This document shows positions 20,986 to 30,274 of a DNA stretch of 64,000 nucleotides, piece by piece. Numbering within the stretch: the stretch's first letter is position 1; each line of letters begins with the position of its first letter. A program made the position numbers and the translations under genes. Below the pieces are notes generated by a model. The model was not told the DNA's origin. It did no database searches and worked only from the letters and a program-made list of their open reading frames with translations. The DNA is from Actinomycetota bacterium (GTDB taxonomy: Bacteria; Actinomycetota; Geothermincolia; Geothermincolales; RBG-13-55-18): positions 4,438-68,437 of the forward strand of contig JABLXL010000045.1 of assembly GCA_013178005.1 (NCBI GenBank). Direction: 5' to 3'.

Positions 20986-21969
20986 TCATCCCACGGCGGT
21001 GCCGGCGGTACGGGCGCCGGGAAGGTCCAGCTCCCATTTCCCGCAGCGCCCGCCCCAACGGGCAAGCACGTCGCCCTCCACCATGATCTTCACTATCTCG
21101 CAGTTGTTGGAGCACCCCTTGCAGTTGAAGCTGGAGGTACGGTAGTCGATCTCCGTGACCCTGAACCCCTTGAAGTTCGTGGTCGGGGGATTGAGGTCGC
21201 GGGCCAGGAGCGCGGCGCCGATGGCGCCCATGACTGCGAAATGCTCCGGCACCACCACCTCCATGCCCAAGGCCTCCTCGAAGGCCCGCTTCATCCCCAC
21301 GTTGGCCGCAACTCCGCCCTGGAAGACAACCGGCGCCTCCACGCTCTTGCCCTTGGCGAGGTTATTGAGGAAGTTCCGCACCAGGGCCTCGCAAAGCCCG
21401 AGGATGATGCTGTCCACCGGGTGGCCCACCTGCTGCTTATGGATCATGTCGGATTCCGCGAAAACCGAGCAGCGCCCCGCTATCTGCACCCCGGCCTGCG
21501 CCCGCAAGGCGTAGGTTCCGAACTCCTCGATGGGGATGTTGAGGCGCGCCGCCTGGTGGTCGAGAAAGGATCCGGTCCCCGCCGCGCACACCGTGTTCAT
21601 GGCGAAGTCCACCACGATGCCGTCCTGAAGGATGATGATCTTCGAGTCCTGCCCCCCGATCTCCAACACCGTGCGCACGTCCGGTACCACGTGCAGGGCG
21701 GCCACGGCATGGGCGGTGATCTCGTTCTTCACGATGTCCGCGCCCACGATCACCCCGCTCAGGTGTCGGGCGCTTCCCGTGGTGCCCGCGCCGAGCACCT
21801 CCACGCCGGCTGGAAGCTGGGCGCCCAGCTGCCGCAGGCCCTCCTGCACCGCGCTTATGGGTTGCCCCTTGGTGCGCAGGTAAACGGAGGCGGCGACCTC
21901 CCCGCTCTCCTCCAGCAGGACCAGGTTGGTGCTCACCGAGCCCACGTCAACACCGAGATATCCCCTCAA
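20986..21969 (-). CDS. Acyl-CoA dehydratase activase (BadF/BcrAD/HgdC ATPase)
   Basis: GVDVGSVST, TTGSAR, NEITAHA, EIGGQDSK, MNTVCAAGTGSFL, RCSVFAESD, FQGGVA; C-terminal CKGCSNNC...RCG. Confidence 0.92.
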   Translation of the reverse strand: MRGYLGVDVGSVSTNLVLLEESGEVAASVYLRTKGQPISAVQEGLRQLGAQLPAGVEVLGAGTTGSARHLSGVIVGADIVKNEITAHAVAALHVVPDVRTVLEIGGQDSKIIILQDGIVVDFAMNTVCAAGTGSFLDHQAARLNIPIEEFGTYALRAQAGVQIAGRCSVFAESDMIHKQQVGHPVDSIILGLCEALVRNFLNNLAKGKSVEAPVVFQGGVAANVGMKRAFEEALGMEVVVPEHFAVMGAIGAALLARDLNPPTTNFKGFRVTEIDYRTSSFNCKGCSNNCEIVKIMVEGDVLARWGGRCGKWELDLPGARTAGTAVG

Positions 21970-22010
21970 GCCGTCCTCCAGTCGTCGAAAGCCTTCTCGC
22001 AGTCCCTAAC

Positions 22011-22039
22011 ATTTTATTGCCCGGCGGGCGGGCAGGCAA
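22011..22039 (-). promoter_or_regulatory. Sigma70-type promoter for the activase gene
   Basis: TTGCCT-N17-TAAAAT on the minus strand. Confidence 0.55.
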
Positions 22040-22114
22040 ACGGGAGCAGCGCCGACTGGAGATACTGTAGTAACACAGCGTGACTGCAAGATCGAAGGCT
22101 TGCCTCAGCCCGAC

Positions 22115-22666
22115 CTATATTTCGCGTTCCTCCCAAACGATGGGTTGCAGGTCAAACCTCATGCTAACCGTCTCGCCCCGTGGGTCGATCTCGTTCTCGT
22201 GATGATTGAAAAGGAACCCAAGCTTCTTGTAGAAGCCTTCGCTAGCCCTGTAGGCGTCAACAGAGAGGAAACGCAAGCCCATCCATTCTTGAAGGTCCAA
22301 CGCAAGCCCGATGACATCGTAAACCATCGCCCGGCCTATTCCCTTGCCTTGGAACCCCTTGCATACCGCAAGTCGGCAGATCTTGAGAGCAGGGAATTCA
22401 GAATATGGTATTCGGTATTCTTTTCTAATACGTCCCTTTTCGTTCGAATCAAGGCTTATGCAGTCCGTCGCCAGGCTATAGAACGCTACGACCTCTGATC
22501 TGTATCTGACCAGGGTTGTCATTGCCACGTTGGCATCCTGATGTACGAGGGCGTCATTGATGATGAAGTCATCAAGGTCTTTGTCGCCACAGTTAAAGTC
22601 AAGGGGGACATTTTCCTTGGAAAGTGGCTCAAAGCTTAAGTCTTGAATGGAGAAACCTTCAGTCAT
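22115..22666 (-). CDS. GNAT acetyltransferase, toxin-like (AtaT/TacT-like)
   Basis: FNCGDKDLDDF, VAFYSL, PALKICRLAV, QGKGIG, RFLSVDA, FYKKLGF; visibly more AT-rich than the flanks. Confidence 0.82.
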   Translation of the reverse strand: MTEGFSIQDLSFEPLSKENVPLDFNCGDKDLDDFIINDALVHQDANVAMTTLVRYRSEVVAFYSLATDCISLDSNEKGRIRKEYRIPYSEFPALKICRLAVCKGFQGKGIGRAMVYDVIGLALDLQEWMGLRFLSVDAYRASEGFYKKLGFLFNHHENEIDPRGETVSMRFDLQPIVWEEREI

Positions 22667-22847
22667 CCCGTGACTTCAAGACGGATGGAAATGCTTTGCG
22701 ATGCTTGCTTAGCTCCTTGTGGATCTCGCGCGCCTCTTTCAATAACCGGTCTTTTTGAGGGCTGTATTCGGCTTGCGTTATGCTCATGCAGAACAAGTCA
22801 ACGCTCTTTCCCTTCAGCGTTGGAGTAGGCTCAATCGGTCGTGCCAT
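22659..22847 (-). CDS. 62-aa protein, putative antitoxin of the GNAT
   Basis: GGAGG RBS, MARPIEPTPTLKG...; stop overlaps the GNAT start (ATGACTGA). Confidence 0.6.
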   Translation of the reverse strand: MARPIEPTPTLKGKSVDLFCMSITQAEYSPQKDRLLKEAREIHKELSKHRKAFPSVLKSRDD

Positions 22848-23338
22848 AAAAACCTCCACCGGATAACTGCGAGAAGCCCTCACAGAGCAAATTCTTCCGC
22901 TCCCCGGCCTCTTTCCTTATCTCTCTGTTTGTTATCGTACCCTTTGAGGCTTTATTTTAATCTATTTTGTCAATCCCATTCCATGAGCGAGGGAAGATCG
23001 TGCCCGGGGACATCGAACCACCGGGCTCCGGAGGGGGCTTTCCTGCTCGCAGCAGGCCGGAGCCGGGAGCTCGCTCCGCCCTGTTAGCGCCGCCGGGAGG
23101 CAAAAATGGAGCAATTGAGTGCCTTGCAGATTTTTACCATCCTTTTAGCGCCGCCGGGAGGGGAGCCCGTCGGGCGATCCTTGGCCTCTCTGACGCTACG
23201 GCTGACGCCGGCGCCCAGCAGGCAATCCGGCCGAGGCGCCGCTCTGCCGCCGCCCCGCGGGCGATGGCGCTCGCGGCGTGTTTCGTGAGGCGGGAGCGAC
23301 CGGAGCGGCAGGCGCCCGTCAGGAGATTGTTGGCCCGA

Positions 23339-24235
23339 TCATCGTCGGAGAAGAGCCAGCTCGTCGATGTCTAAGGGGATCCCTTTCCTCTCGTCACGCG
23401 TCAGGCTGGGAACGCCCCACTCGCACCTCTCCGCGCATAGCCCACATCCCATGCAGAGGTCGAAGGAGACCAGCGCTTTTTCCTCCCCGTCGAGGGAAAG
23501 CGCCCCGAAGGGGCAGGCTTCGACGCAGGCGCCGCACCCGGCGCACGCGGCGCGGTCGATGACCGCAAGGTAGCCCGAAGGAGCGGCGATCACGGGCGGC
23601 GACTCCACACGTAACGCGCGGGCAAGGCGGGCGCTCTCCAGGGCGTCACAGTAACTTGGAGGGCAGTTGCAGATGGCGAAGAAGCGGTCGCCGGCCGCGT
23701 CCTTGAACCAGGCGGTGGGCACGCTGCCGCGCTCGCGTTCGCGGTGCAGGATCTCCAGGGCCTCCGTTGCGCTGACCCTGCGGGCGTGAAGCCTCTCCGC
23801 CCCGTGCTCCAGCCAGAAGCTCGCCACCGGTTCGCCCACCGCCAGGCAGACGTTGAGGGCTTCGGGGTCGGCGACGCCTTTTTCGATGCGGCAGGCGCAG
23901 TCCATGGCCACGATGTGCTGCGGCTGGTCCAGGATGATGCGGTGGGCGTGGGGGAAAGGCACCACTCGGGCGCTCAGTTCGGGATCCATGATCACGTCAT
24001 GGTCCAGGGTGAGGATCTTTGCCGCCTGCTCCTCCGTCAGCACCTTGCAGTGGTAGCGGTTGAAGAAAAAGTCGAAGATGAAACGCCCGCGGGGGAAAAG
24101 GCGGACGTATCTCCTGGCGATGGCCATGAGCGTTTTAATGTAACGGTCGATCCATCGGTAATAGACGTAGCCGTGGAGAGCCCGGTCGATCCTCCAGCCG
24201 TGGAGTCGGAACAACCTCCGGGTGGATTCTCTCAC
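23339..24235 (-). CDS. 4Fe-4S dicluster (polyferredoxin-like) protein
   Basis: CAGCGACVEAC and CMGCGLCAERC, plus MDCAC, VCLAVG and CNCPPSYC. Confidence 0.85.
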   Translation of the reverse strand: MRESTRRLFRLHGWRIDRALHGYVYYRWIDRYIKTLMAIARRYVRLFPRGRFIFDFFFNRYHCKVLTEEQAAKILTLDHDVIMDPELSARVVPFPHAHRIILDQPQHIVAMDCACRIEKGVADPEALNVCLAVGEPVASFWLEHGAERLHARRVSATEALEILHRERERGSVPTAWFKDAAGDRFFAICNCPPSYCDALESARLARALRVESPPVIAAPSGYLAVIDRAACAGCGACVEACPFGALSLDGEEKALVSFDLCMGCGLCAERCEWGVPSLTRDERKGIPLDIDELALLRR

Positions 24236-24304
24236 TCACACCCCCCTTACGCTCGCGGTTTTCCGGCCTCCGTGCCGGGCGTCATGCCCGGCGGGCTGGT
24301 CCGC

Positions 24305-25750
24305 TCATCCCCGCTCCGGCGCCGAGGCCCCGGGCGCCGGGGCCTTCCTGCGCCTGGACTGGGCCCTCTTCCTCGCCACCACCTGCTCCACGAAGGTCTT
24401 CACCTCTTCCTGGAACATCTCCATGGGCGTGTGCCTCTTGTCGAAGACGTCCCCGTAGATCATCAACGTGGGAAGCCCGAGCCGCTTCATCATCTCCCGG
24501 CGGAAGAAGGCCGCCGTGCCCAGGGTGTGCTTGCAGGCATGGACGCCGCCGAATATGCAGGCGTCGGCGCCCAGGTCCTGGGCCGCGTAGGCGATGTCGT
24601 CCAGCCAGCGCAGGGAGATGGACTCAGCCCCCATCTGCCGGGTCATGGGATAATCGAAGGCGATGTCGGCGAGGGCGCGCAGCATGCTCTCGCGCGAGGA
24701 GGGGTCCTTCTCTGGAAAATAATGTATGGCAAGTATATCCCCGAGGATAGAGATCCCCTCCTTCTCCATCCAGGTGAAATAACCGGCGAAGTCGAAGAGC
24801 CAGTAGATGTAGGTGATATAAACCCTGGCCAGCTCCTCCGGCGCGGTGTACTCGCCCCTGCGCAGCCTCTCCTTTGATATGTCCACCATCCTCTGCATCA
24901 CGTCCACCGCCTCCTGCCTGCCCCAGCACTGGCTGCGCAACACCAGCAGGGTCATGCTGAAGATGTTGGGCACCGGGCAGGGCCTGGCCTTCTTCAGCTC
25001 CCAGTACTCGTGGTAGAGGTCGACGGCCTGGTAGGATCTCTCCATCACCTCGCGCAATCGCTCCTCCCTGAGCTCCGATCCGGACCATTCTTCCAGTTCC
25101 TGGATGAAGCGCTTCAGGTAGTTGTAATACAGCTCACGCCCTCGCCTGGACTCGTCCACCGGCTTTTCCAGGATGAACTGGGGGATGCCGAGGTAATCGG
25201 AGGCGAAGGCGTGTATCTTGGCGTTTGGGTTGCAGCTGCCCGCGGAGTTGTAGACGATGGCATCCGGCCTAATTCCCGGGCCCATGAACAGGGGCATGGT
25301 GCCGATGGTGTTGGCCGAGCAGAGCGAGTCGGGCAGCCCCAGGCCCATGGCGAAGTCCCAGAAGCGCTCCCCCTGGCCGTAACAGATGTTGGTGATAAGG
25401 CCGCCGACGATTTCGGTGCACAAGGGGAAGATGTTGTCGAAGGCGTAGAAGATCTCGGGCGGGAAGGTGAAGGGGATGAAGACAAGCTTCTTGCCTTCGG
25501 CCTGGGCGTTGCGGGCTTCCCTGAAGATATTCATGAGGAGGCGGAAGAAGAAGAGCTCGAGCTCGCGGTCCGCCGGCAGCTCCAGCAAGCCGATAACGGT
25601 GTTCTGGAGCTCCGGGTAGACGAAGTTCCGCGCCGCCTCCACGTCCTCTTCGCTGAGGTTGTCGGGGAGCTTGTAGATCATCTCCAGGATGGCCAGGGCG
25701 CGCTCGAAGCCGTTCTCTCCCTCGCGCATGACGAAGCCTTTTTCCATCAT
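24305..25750 (-). CDS. 2-hydroxyacyl-CoA dehydratase subunit (HgdAB/HadBC/FldBC family)
   Basis: PPEIF, GLPDSLCS, AGSCNPNAK, NEVMERS-like helix, GGVHACKH, GLPTLMIYGD. Confidence 0.85.
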   Translation of the reverse strand: MMEKGFVMREGENGFERALAILEMIYKLPDNLSEEDVEAARNFVYPELQNTVIGLLELPADRELELFFFRLLMNIFREARNAQAEGKKLVFIPFTFPPEIFYAFDNIFPLCTEIVGGLITNICYGQGERFWDFAMGLGLPDSLCSANTIGTMPLFMGPGIRPDAIVYNSAGSCNPNAKIHAFASDYLGIPQFILEKPVDESRRGRELYYNYLKRFIQELEEWSGSELREERLREVMERSYQAVDLYHEYWELKKARPCPVPNIFSMTLLVLRSQCWGRQEAVDVMQRMVDISKERLRRGEYTAPEELARVYITYIYWLFDFAGYFTWMEKEGISILGDILAIHYFPEKDPSSRESMLRALADIAFDYPMTRQMGAESISLRWLDDIAYAAQDLGADACIFGGVHACKHTLGTAAFFRREMMKRLGLPTLMIYGDVFDKRHTPMEMFQEEVKTFVEQVVARKRAQSRRRKAPAPGASAPERG

Positions 25751-26871
25751 GCCCCACCTCCTATCCTCTCCATGAAAGCCTGCACGCGGGTTTTCACCCT
25801 CCCGAGGTCCGCCCTGGCGCTGTACTCCTTCTCCAGGACCAGCACCGGTATGCCGGCGCTCTCCAGGTCGCGGCGCACCAATACGGAGTCCACGCCGTGC
25901 AGGTCGCAGAACTTGTTGTAAAGGTAAATCGCCCCGTTTACGCGAGCCCGGCGCGCCGTCTCCAGGATGAATTCCCGGCGTTTGGGGTATTCCAGGTACA
26001 TGCGGGGGCAGAAGATGCTGGACAGGTAACCCTCGGCAAGGCGCCGTAAGGGTGGGCCATCCTTGGGCATGGCCTGGGCGAAAGCACGTGACCCGAAGCA
26101 CAGGGCATCGGCCACCACCACCGCCCCCAGGCGTTCTATCTCCTCGAGCCATTCCACTTCGTCGGTTGCGGGCCCGCACAACATGAGCCGCGCCGTGGGC
26201 CTGACCCCCACCGAGCCCGCCTTTTCATCCATGTACCGCGCGAGAAGGGCGGCGAAATCCTCGCTTCGCATCGACGAACCCGTGACCTCCAGCGAAAGTG
26301 CTTCGCTGCCGGTGACCTTGGGCTCGTCCAGCTCGCGCAGGGCGGATAGCCTCCGCCACCCTTCCCTCACCTCCTCCCAGCCGCGTATCGCCTCCTCAAG
26401 GGCATCATCGGTCACCTCCACGGAGAATTTGTTCTCCAGCAGTTCCTTCAGCAGGGAGAGGTTTTCCTCGAAGTAGGCCAGGGAGTCGTCGCGGAAGAAA
26501 TGCGGTACCTTGAGGTAGAAGAAGCAGTCGAATCGCCTCTGGTGCTGCCAGTTCTCGAACATGGCCCGCAGGTGATCGCAGCCGTTGGTCTCGATGAGGC
26601 CGTCGAGAAAATCATAGGTGCCGTCCAGGCCCAGCTGAAGGCAGGCGCGGCAGAAGGAGCAGTTGAAGAGGGACATCTCTCCATCGGCGAGCTCCGTCTC
26701 CGCGTTGCCGAGGGCCTTGATGCGGTAGGGGAGCAGGCCCGCCGCCTCGATGAGCTCCACGGGGGTCGCCACGCACGAATATCCCACGACCTTGCCCCCC
26801 GCCTCCTTCCATTCCCTTACGCGTTGGTTGAATATCTCCGTTTCCCTTTCCAGGGCCCTGGTCGCCTCCAT
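25747..26871 (-). CDS. 2-hydroxyacyl-CoA dehydratase subunit (D-component family)
   Basis: VGYSCVATPVELIEAAG, CSFCRAC, NGCDHL, FCDLH, GIPVLVLEKEY, RVKTRVQAFME. Confidence 0.9.
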   Translation of the reverse strand: MEATRALERETEIFNQRVREWKEAGGKVVGYSCVATPVELIEAAGLLPYRIKALGNAETELADGEMSLFNCSFCRACLQLGLDGTYDFLDGLIETNGCDHLRAMFENWQHQRRFDCFFYLKVPHFFRDDSLAYFEENLSLLKELLENKFSVEVTDDALEEAIRGWEEVREGWRRLSALRELDEPKVTGSEALSLEVTGSSMRSEDFAALLARYMDEKAGSVGVRPTARLMLCGPATDEVEWLEEIERLGAVVVADALCFGSRAFAQAMPKDGPPLRRLAEGYLSSIFCPRMYLEYPKRREFILETARRARVNGAIYLYNKFCDLHGVDSVLVRRDLESAGIPVLVLEKEYSARADLGRVKTRVQAFMERIGGGA

Positions 26872-26874
26872 CTC

Positions 26875-28302
26875 TCACACCCCCCGCGTTCTTCTGCGCG
26901 TCCATATCCCCTTGACGTACCCCCTGATGCCGCCGACAAGTACGGATATCGCGGCCTTCAGGAGGGGCTTCAGCGCCGACGGGTTGCGCCGGAGCGCCGC
27001 CGCCACCTGGTCCCCCGTGGCCTTGGCGGCCCGCTCCAACTCCTGCGCGTCGATGCCCGCGAGGAAAGCGCTCGTCCTGTCCGCGAGCGCCTCGGGATTC
27101 CCGCTCAACCACTGGTTGTAGGACTCGATCGCCCGATTGACCCCCCTAGCCGCCGCCTCGGGACCCGCCTCGAGCCCGAGGGCGGACAGGGTTTGCCGTG
27201 AAAGCCCGGCCACGAGGCCCGGGTTCTCCGCGACCATCCTGCGCCCCAGAGAGGCCAGCGAGGCGATCGCCCTGCCCAGCTCCCCGACCTCCAGCCCGTC
27301 GGACATGGATGTGGCCATCTTGCCCAAGGCCTCGCGCGAAAGAGAATTCGCTTTTTCCAGGAACGAGGACGCGAAGAGGAAGAATGAATTTGCCAGAGAG
27401 ACCGTGGCCTCGAACAGCCGCACCGCAAGCTCCTCGTTTTCAAGGACCCTGTTTGCCAGCGCGCTCGCAAGCGCCTCGGCCTCCTCGCCCACGGCCGCGA
27501 TGGCCTCCGCGAGCACTTGCCCGTCTATGGCTCCGATCAGGTCCGAACTGATCCGTTGCAGGGGCTCCCTGGAATAGAGGCTGCCGTCGCCCAGGATGAG
27601 GCTGCCGCGGTGCACGTTGACGATGAACGCGGAAGCCCCGTTGATGACCGCGGCGACGTCGTTCCAGTCGAGGTCTTGCAGGATCTTGAAAAGCGCATAG
27701 GTGACCGCCTCCGCTGGAAGGGCGAGGATGTCGAAAAGCGCCCTCAAGACCTTCAACGCGTCGTTGATGACGGGCGCCACCACGCTGAACATGTTGATCA
27801 AGGCCATGGGGCTGTCCCCCAGCAACTCCACCTCCCTGCGGGCGAGGTCCAGCCTCTCCCCCACCCTGTAGGTGACCGCTTTGCGCAGCTTGCCGAAGTC
27901 GATGGCCTGAACCGCCTCGGCGAACAGCCCTGACTGGAAGGAAGCGAAAAGCTCAGGGTTTTCCTCGTGCAGCCGGATCACCAGGCGCGAGAGCGCGTTG
28001 AGCGCCTCGCCGATCTCCTCTCCTTTAACTTGAGCGTAAGACCTGGCGACCAGTTCCGCCGCCTCCTGCGCGGGCATGCCCTCCATGGATTCCGCGAAGG
28101 CCTTCACGGCGTGCGCCGCCGCGCTCACCAGGCGCGGCAGGGACTCCACCAGCGCGGAGGTGAAATCCCCGTCATCTCGGAAAAGAGTGCCCGCGAGTTG
28201 CGCGGGGTCGCTTTCCCGCAACCCTTCCAGCAGGCGAACAGCCGCCTCCCTCATCTCCTCCGCTTTCGGGGGTACGCCCCCTTCTCTCACCGCCATCCTC
28301 AT
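26875..28302 (-). CDS. Hypothetical all-alpha repeat protein (in-frame alternative starts at 28419 and 28536 due to triplication)
   Basis: GAGGTG RBS; amphipathic helical repeats; basic C-terminal tail; stop 4 nt before the dehydratase start. Confidence 0.75.
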   Translation of the reverse strand: MRMAVREGGVPPKAEEMREAAVRLLEGLRESDPAQLAGTLFRDDGDFTSALVESLPRLVSAAAHAVKAFAESMEGMPAQEAAELVARSYAQVKGEEIGEALNALSRLVIRLHEENPELFASFQSGLFAEAVQAIDFGKLRKAVTYRVGERLDLARREVELLGDSPMALINMFSVVAPVINDALKVLRALFDILALPAEAVTYALFKILQDLDWNDVAAVINGASAFIVNVHRGSLILGDGSLYSREPLQRISSDLIGAIDGQVLAEAIAAVGEEAEALASALANRVLENEELAVRLFEATVSLANSFFLFASSFLEKANSLSREALGKMATSMSDGLEVGELGRAIASLASLGRRMVAENPGLVAGLSRQTLSALGLEAGPEAAARGVNRAIESYNQWLSGNPEALADRTSAFLAGIDAQELERAAKATGDQVAAALRRNPSALKPLLKAAISVLVGGIRGYVKGIWTRRRTRGV

Positions 28303-28584
28303 CACCTCACCGTGGAAAGACCGCCCGGCGGCGCCAGCGTACCCTCGCCGGGCGAACACCGCCTCCCTCATCTCCTCCGCTTTCGGGGGTACGCCCCCTT
28401 CTCTCACCGCCATCCTCATCACCTCACCGTGGAAAGACCGCCCGGCGGCGCCAGCGTACCTCGCCGGGCGAACAGCCGCCTCCCTCATCTCCTCCGCTTT
28501 CGGGGGTACGCCCCCTTCTCTCACCGCCATCCTCATCACCTCACCGTGGAAAGACCGCCCGGCGGCGCCAGCGTACCCTCGCCG
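28233..28584 (-). repeat. Tandem triplication of a 118-bp segment with effective period 117 bp
   Basis: CGCTTTCGGG occurs at 28261, 28378 and 28495; each junction lacks one base at a different position. Confidence 0.95.
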
Positions 28585-29096
28585 GCCCCACTCTCCCGGT
28601 CTCCCCAGAGCCCGCATCCCCCTATCCCGATATCCCGACAGCGGGCTCAGCTGTTTTCGCTCCGGAGCCTGTTTCCCACGGCCTGCATCATTTCGCCGCC
28701 GTCGACAAGCGGCGTTCTCCGGGTAAACGGATCGCGGAGTAGTGCGGATGTACGACGATGCGGTATCGAGACCGTATTACGATTCCCAGTTGCGTGTTCC
28801 GCCGATGATCCCGGCGCCGCCTCGCGGCGCTAACGATCGGCTCCCTCTTTTCGACTTCATCGAGGCGGCAAGCGCAAGATCACCGCCGCCCGTGATCCCT
28901 TGCCGCCGCCATCCACTCGCCTGCCCGTATCTTCAAACCCCCTCGGGGGCGCGTGGTCGAGATGCCTGTGCCGGCGACTTCCCCCTGCCCCGCGAGGAGA
29001 AGCACGGGGTCGATATCAAGCCATGACAACCCGCCGCCTCTTTACACCAGCCGTGGGCGAGCCGCGCCCACAGCCGCCTTTCGTACGCCGCTTTCC

Positions 29097-29516
29097 TCAC
29101 CCCTCGACCTTTTTCCAGGGAATGGCGCGCGCCAGCAACGCGATGTAGAGCATGAAAAACCAGAGGATGAAATGCACTCCCCACGACGAGGGCTCCTTGC
29201 GGCGCAGCCTGTTGGCGATGAGCAGGCAGGTCATGGTCTTGTACATGATCTGGGTGTAGAGGACGGGAAGGTATCTCTCGAAATTGCCCTCATCGCGAAG
29301 GGCCGCCGCCGAAAGCGCGCCCACGGAGGTTACGATGGAGCCGTAGATGCCCATCATCACCGGGTCGTCGTAAGGCCATTTGAGGAGCTTGCGGGCGAAG
29401 CCCGGCGCCAGCGCCATGGGGGGGCCGGCGCTGAAGCACATCACGACGTTATAGCCGTACATGAACTTCTGCAGGCGCTTCTTTTTCTCCAGGTAGGTTT
29501 CTTCCGCTGCCATCAT
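29097..29516 (-). CDS. Hypothetical membrane protein (about 4 TM)
   Basis: Several hydrophobic helices; WPYDDPVMMGIYGS; located within the operon. Confidence 0.7.
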   Translation of the reverse strand: MMAAEETYLEKKKRLQKFMYGYNVVMCFSAGPPMALAPGFARKLLKWPYDDPVMMGIYGSIVTSVGALSAAALRDEGNFERYLPVLYTQIMYKTMTCLLIANRLRRKEPSSWGVHFILWFFMLYIALLARAIPWKKVEG

Positions 29517-29580
29517 CCATCTCCCTTCCCAGGCACCCCTTGCGATGAGCTGCGGCGCGACGCCTCGGTGGGGTCGTCGC

Positions 29581-30258
29581 TCACCCACGCGCTCTCTTCA
29601 CGGCGGCACGCAGGACGATGAGGGCGGCGACCGCGCCTGCCAGCGGGAGGAGCTTGCGGCCCCCGCCGCGGCGCTTCTCTCCGCCGCCCGCCCTGGCCGC
29701 GGCGGCCGCGATCGAGCCCAGGCGCCTCAGCGACCGCGCCAGCGCCTCCCTATCCAGTTCTTTCCATATAGCGGCAAGGCTCTTCCCCATCTCCTCGCGC
29801 CTGGCATCGAGTTCGGCGGTCACCTCGTCCAGGCGACCGATGGCCGCGTTCGCCGCCTTCACCGCCGCCGACCGCACATCCTCGGGGGCGGCCTCGTCGC
29901 CGAAGAGCAGGCGCCGGGCGAGCTGCCCGAACACCTCCGGAAGTTGCCTCAGCCTCTCTTCGTCGATGCCCCCTCCCACCTGTCCCAGGATGTCCTTAAG
30001 GAGAGGCTCCGGCAGGCCGTTAAGCTGCCTGCCCAATTCAAGCAAAAGCTCCAGGAGCCAGTTCACAGCGTCGGGAAGGGCGCCGAATATGCTCATGGAG
30101 ATGCCGGGGTCCCCCCACAGCAGCGTCTTGACCAGCCCCGGGGCGGTATCGGCCTTTATGTCCTTCATCTGCAGGAGGATAATCTCCTTGAGGGCGGGGG
30201 TGGCGATTATCTCGCGGAGCACGCGCTCCCCCAGGCCCATGGGTGTTTGTTCCCGCAT
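29581..30258 (-). CDS. Hypothetical helical protein with C-terminal hydrophobic anchor; paralog of 30275-30973
   Basis: GGAGGTG RBS; VLREIIATP..KE, LLWGDPG, LPEPLLKD, GID; ends LLPLAGAVAALIVLRAAVKRARG. Confidence 0.75.
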   Translation of the reverse strand: MREQTPMGLGERVLREIIATPALKEIILLQMKDIKADTAPGLVKTLLWGDPGISMSIFGALPDAVNWLLELLLELGRQLNGLPEPLLKDILGQVGGGIDEERLRQLPEVFGQLARRLLFGDEAAPEDVRSAAVKAANAAIGRLDEVTAELDARREEMGKSLAAIWKELDREALARSLRRLGSIAAAAARAGGGEKRRGGGRKLLPLAGAVAALIVLRAAVKRARG

Positions 30259-30274
30259 CCGGTTCACCTCCCCG

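Noticed and set aside
22990-23045. tRNA-like GGTTCGA string on the minus strand
   Set aside because: No cloverleaf, D-arm or anticodon arm can be built.
23084-23161. Possible mini-CRISPR array
   Set aside because: Only two 17-bp repeats, too short for CRISPR, and no cas genes in the window.
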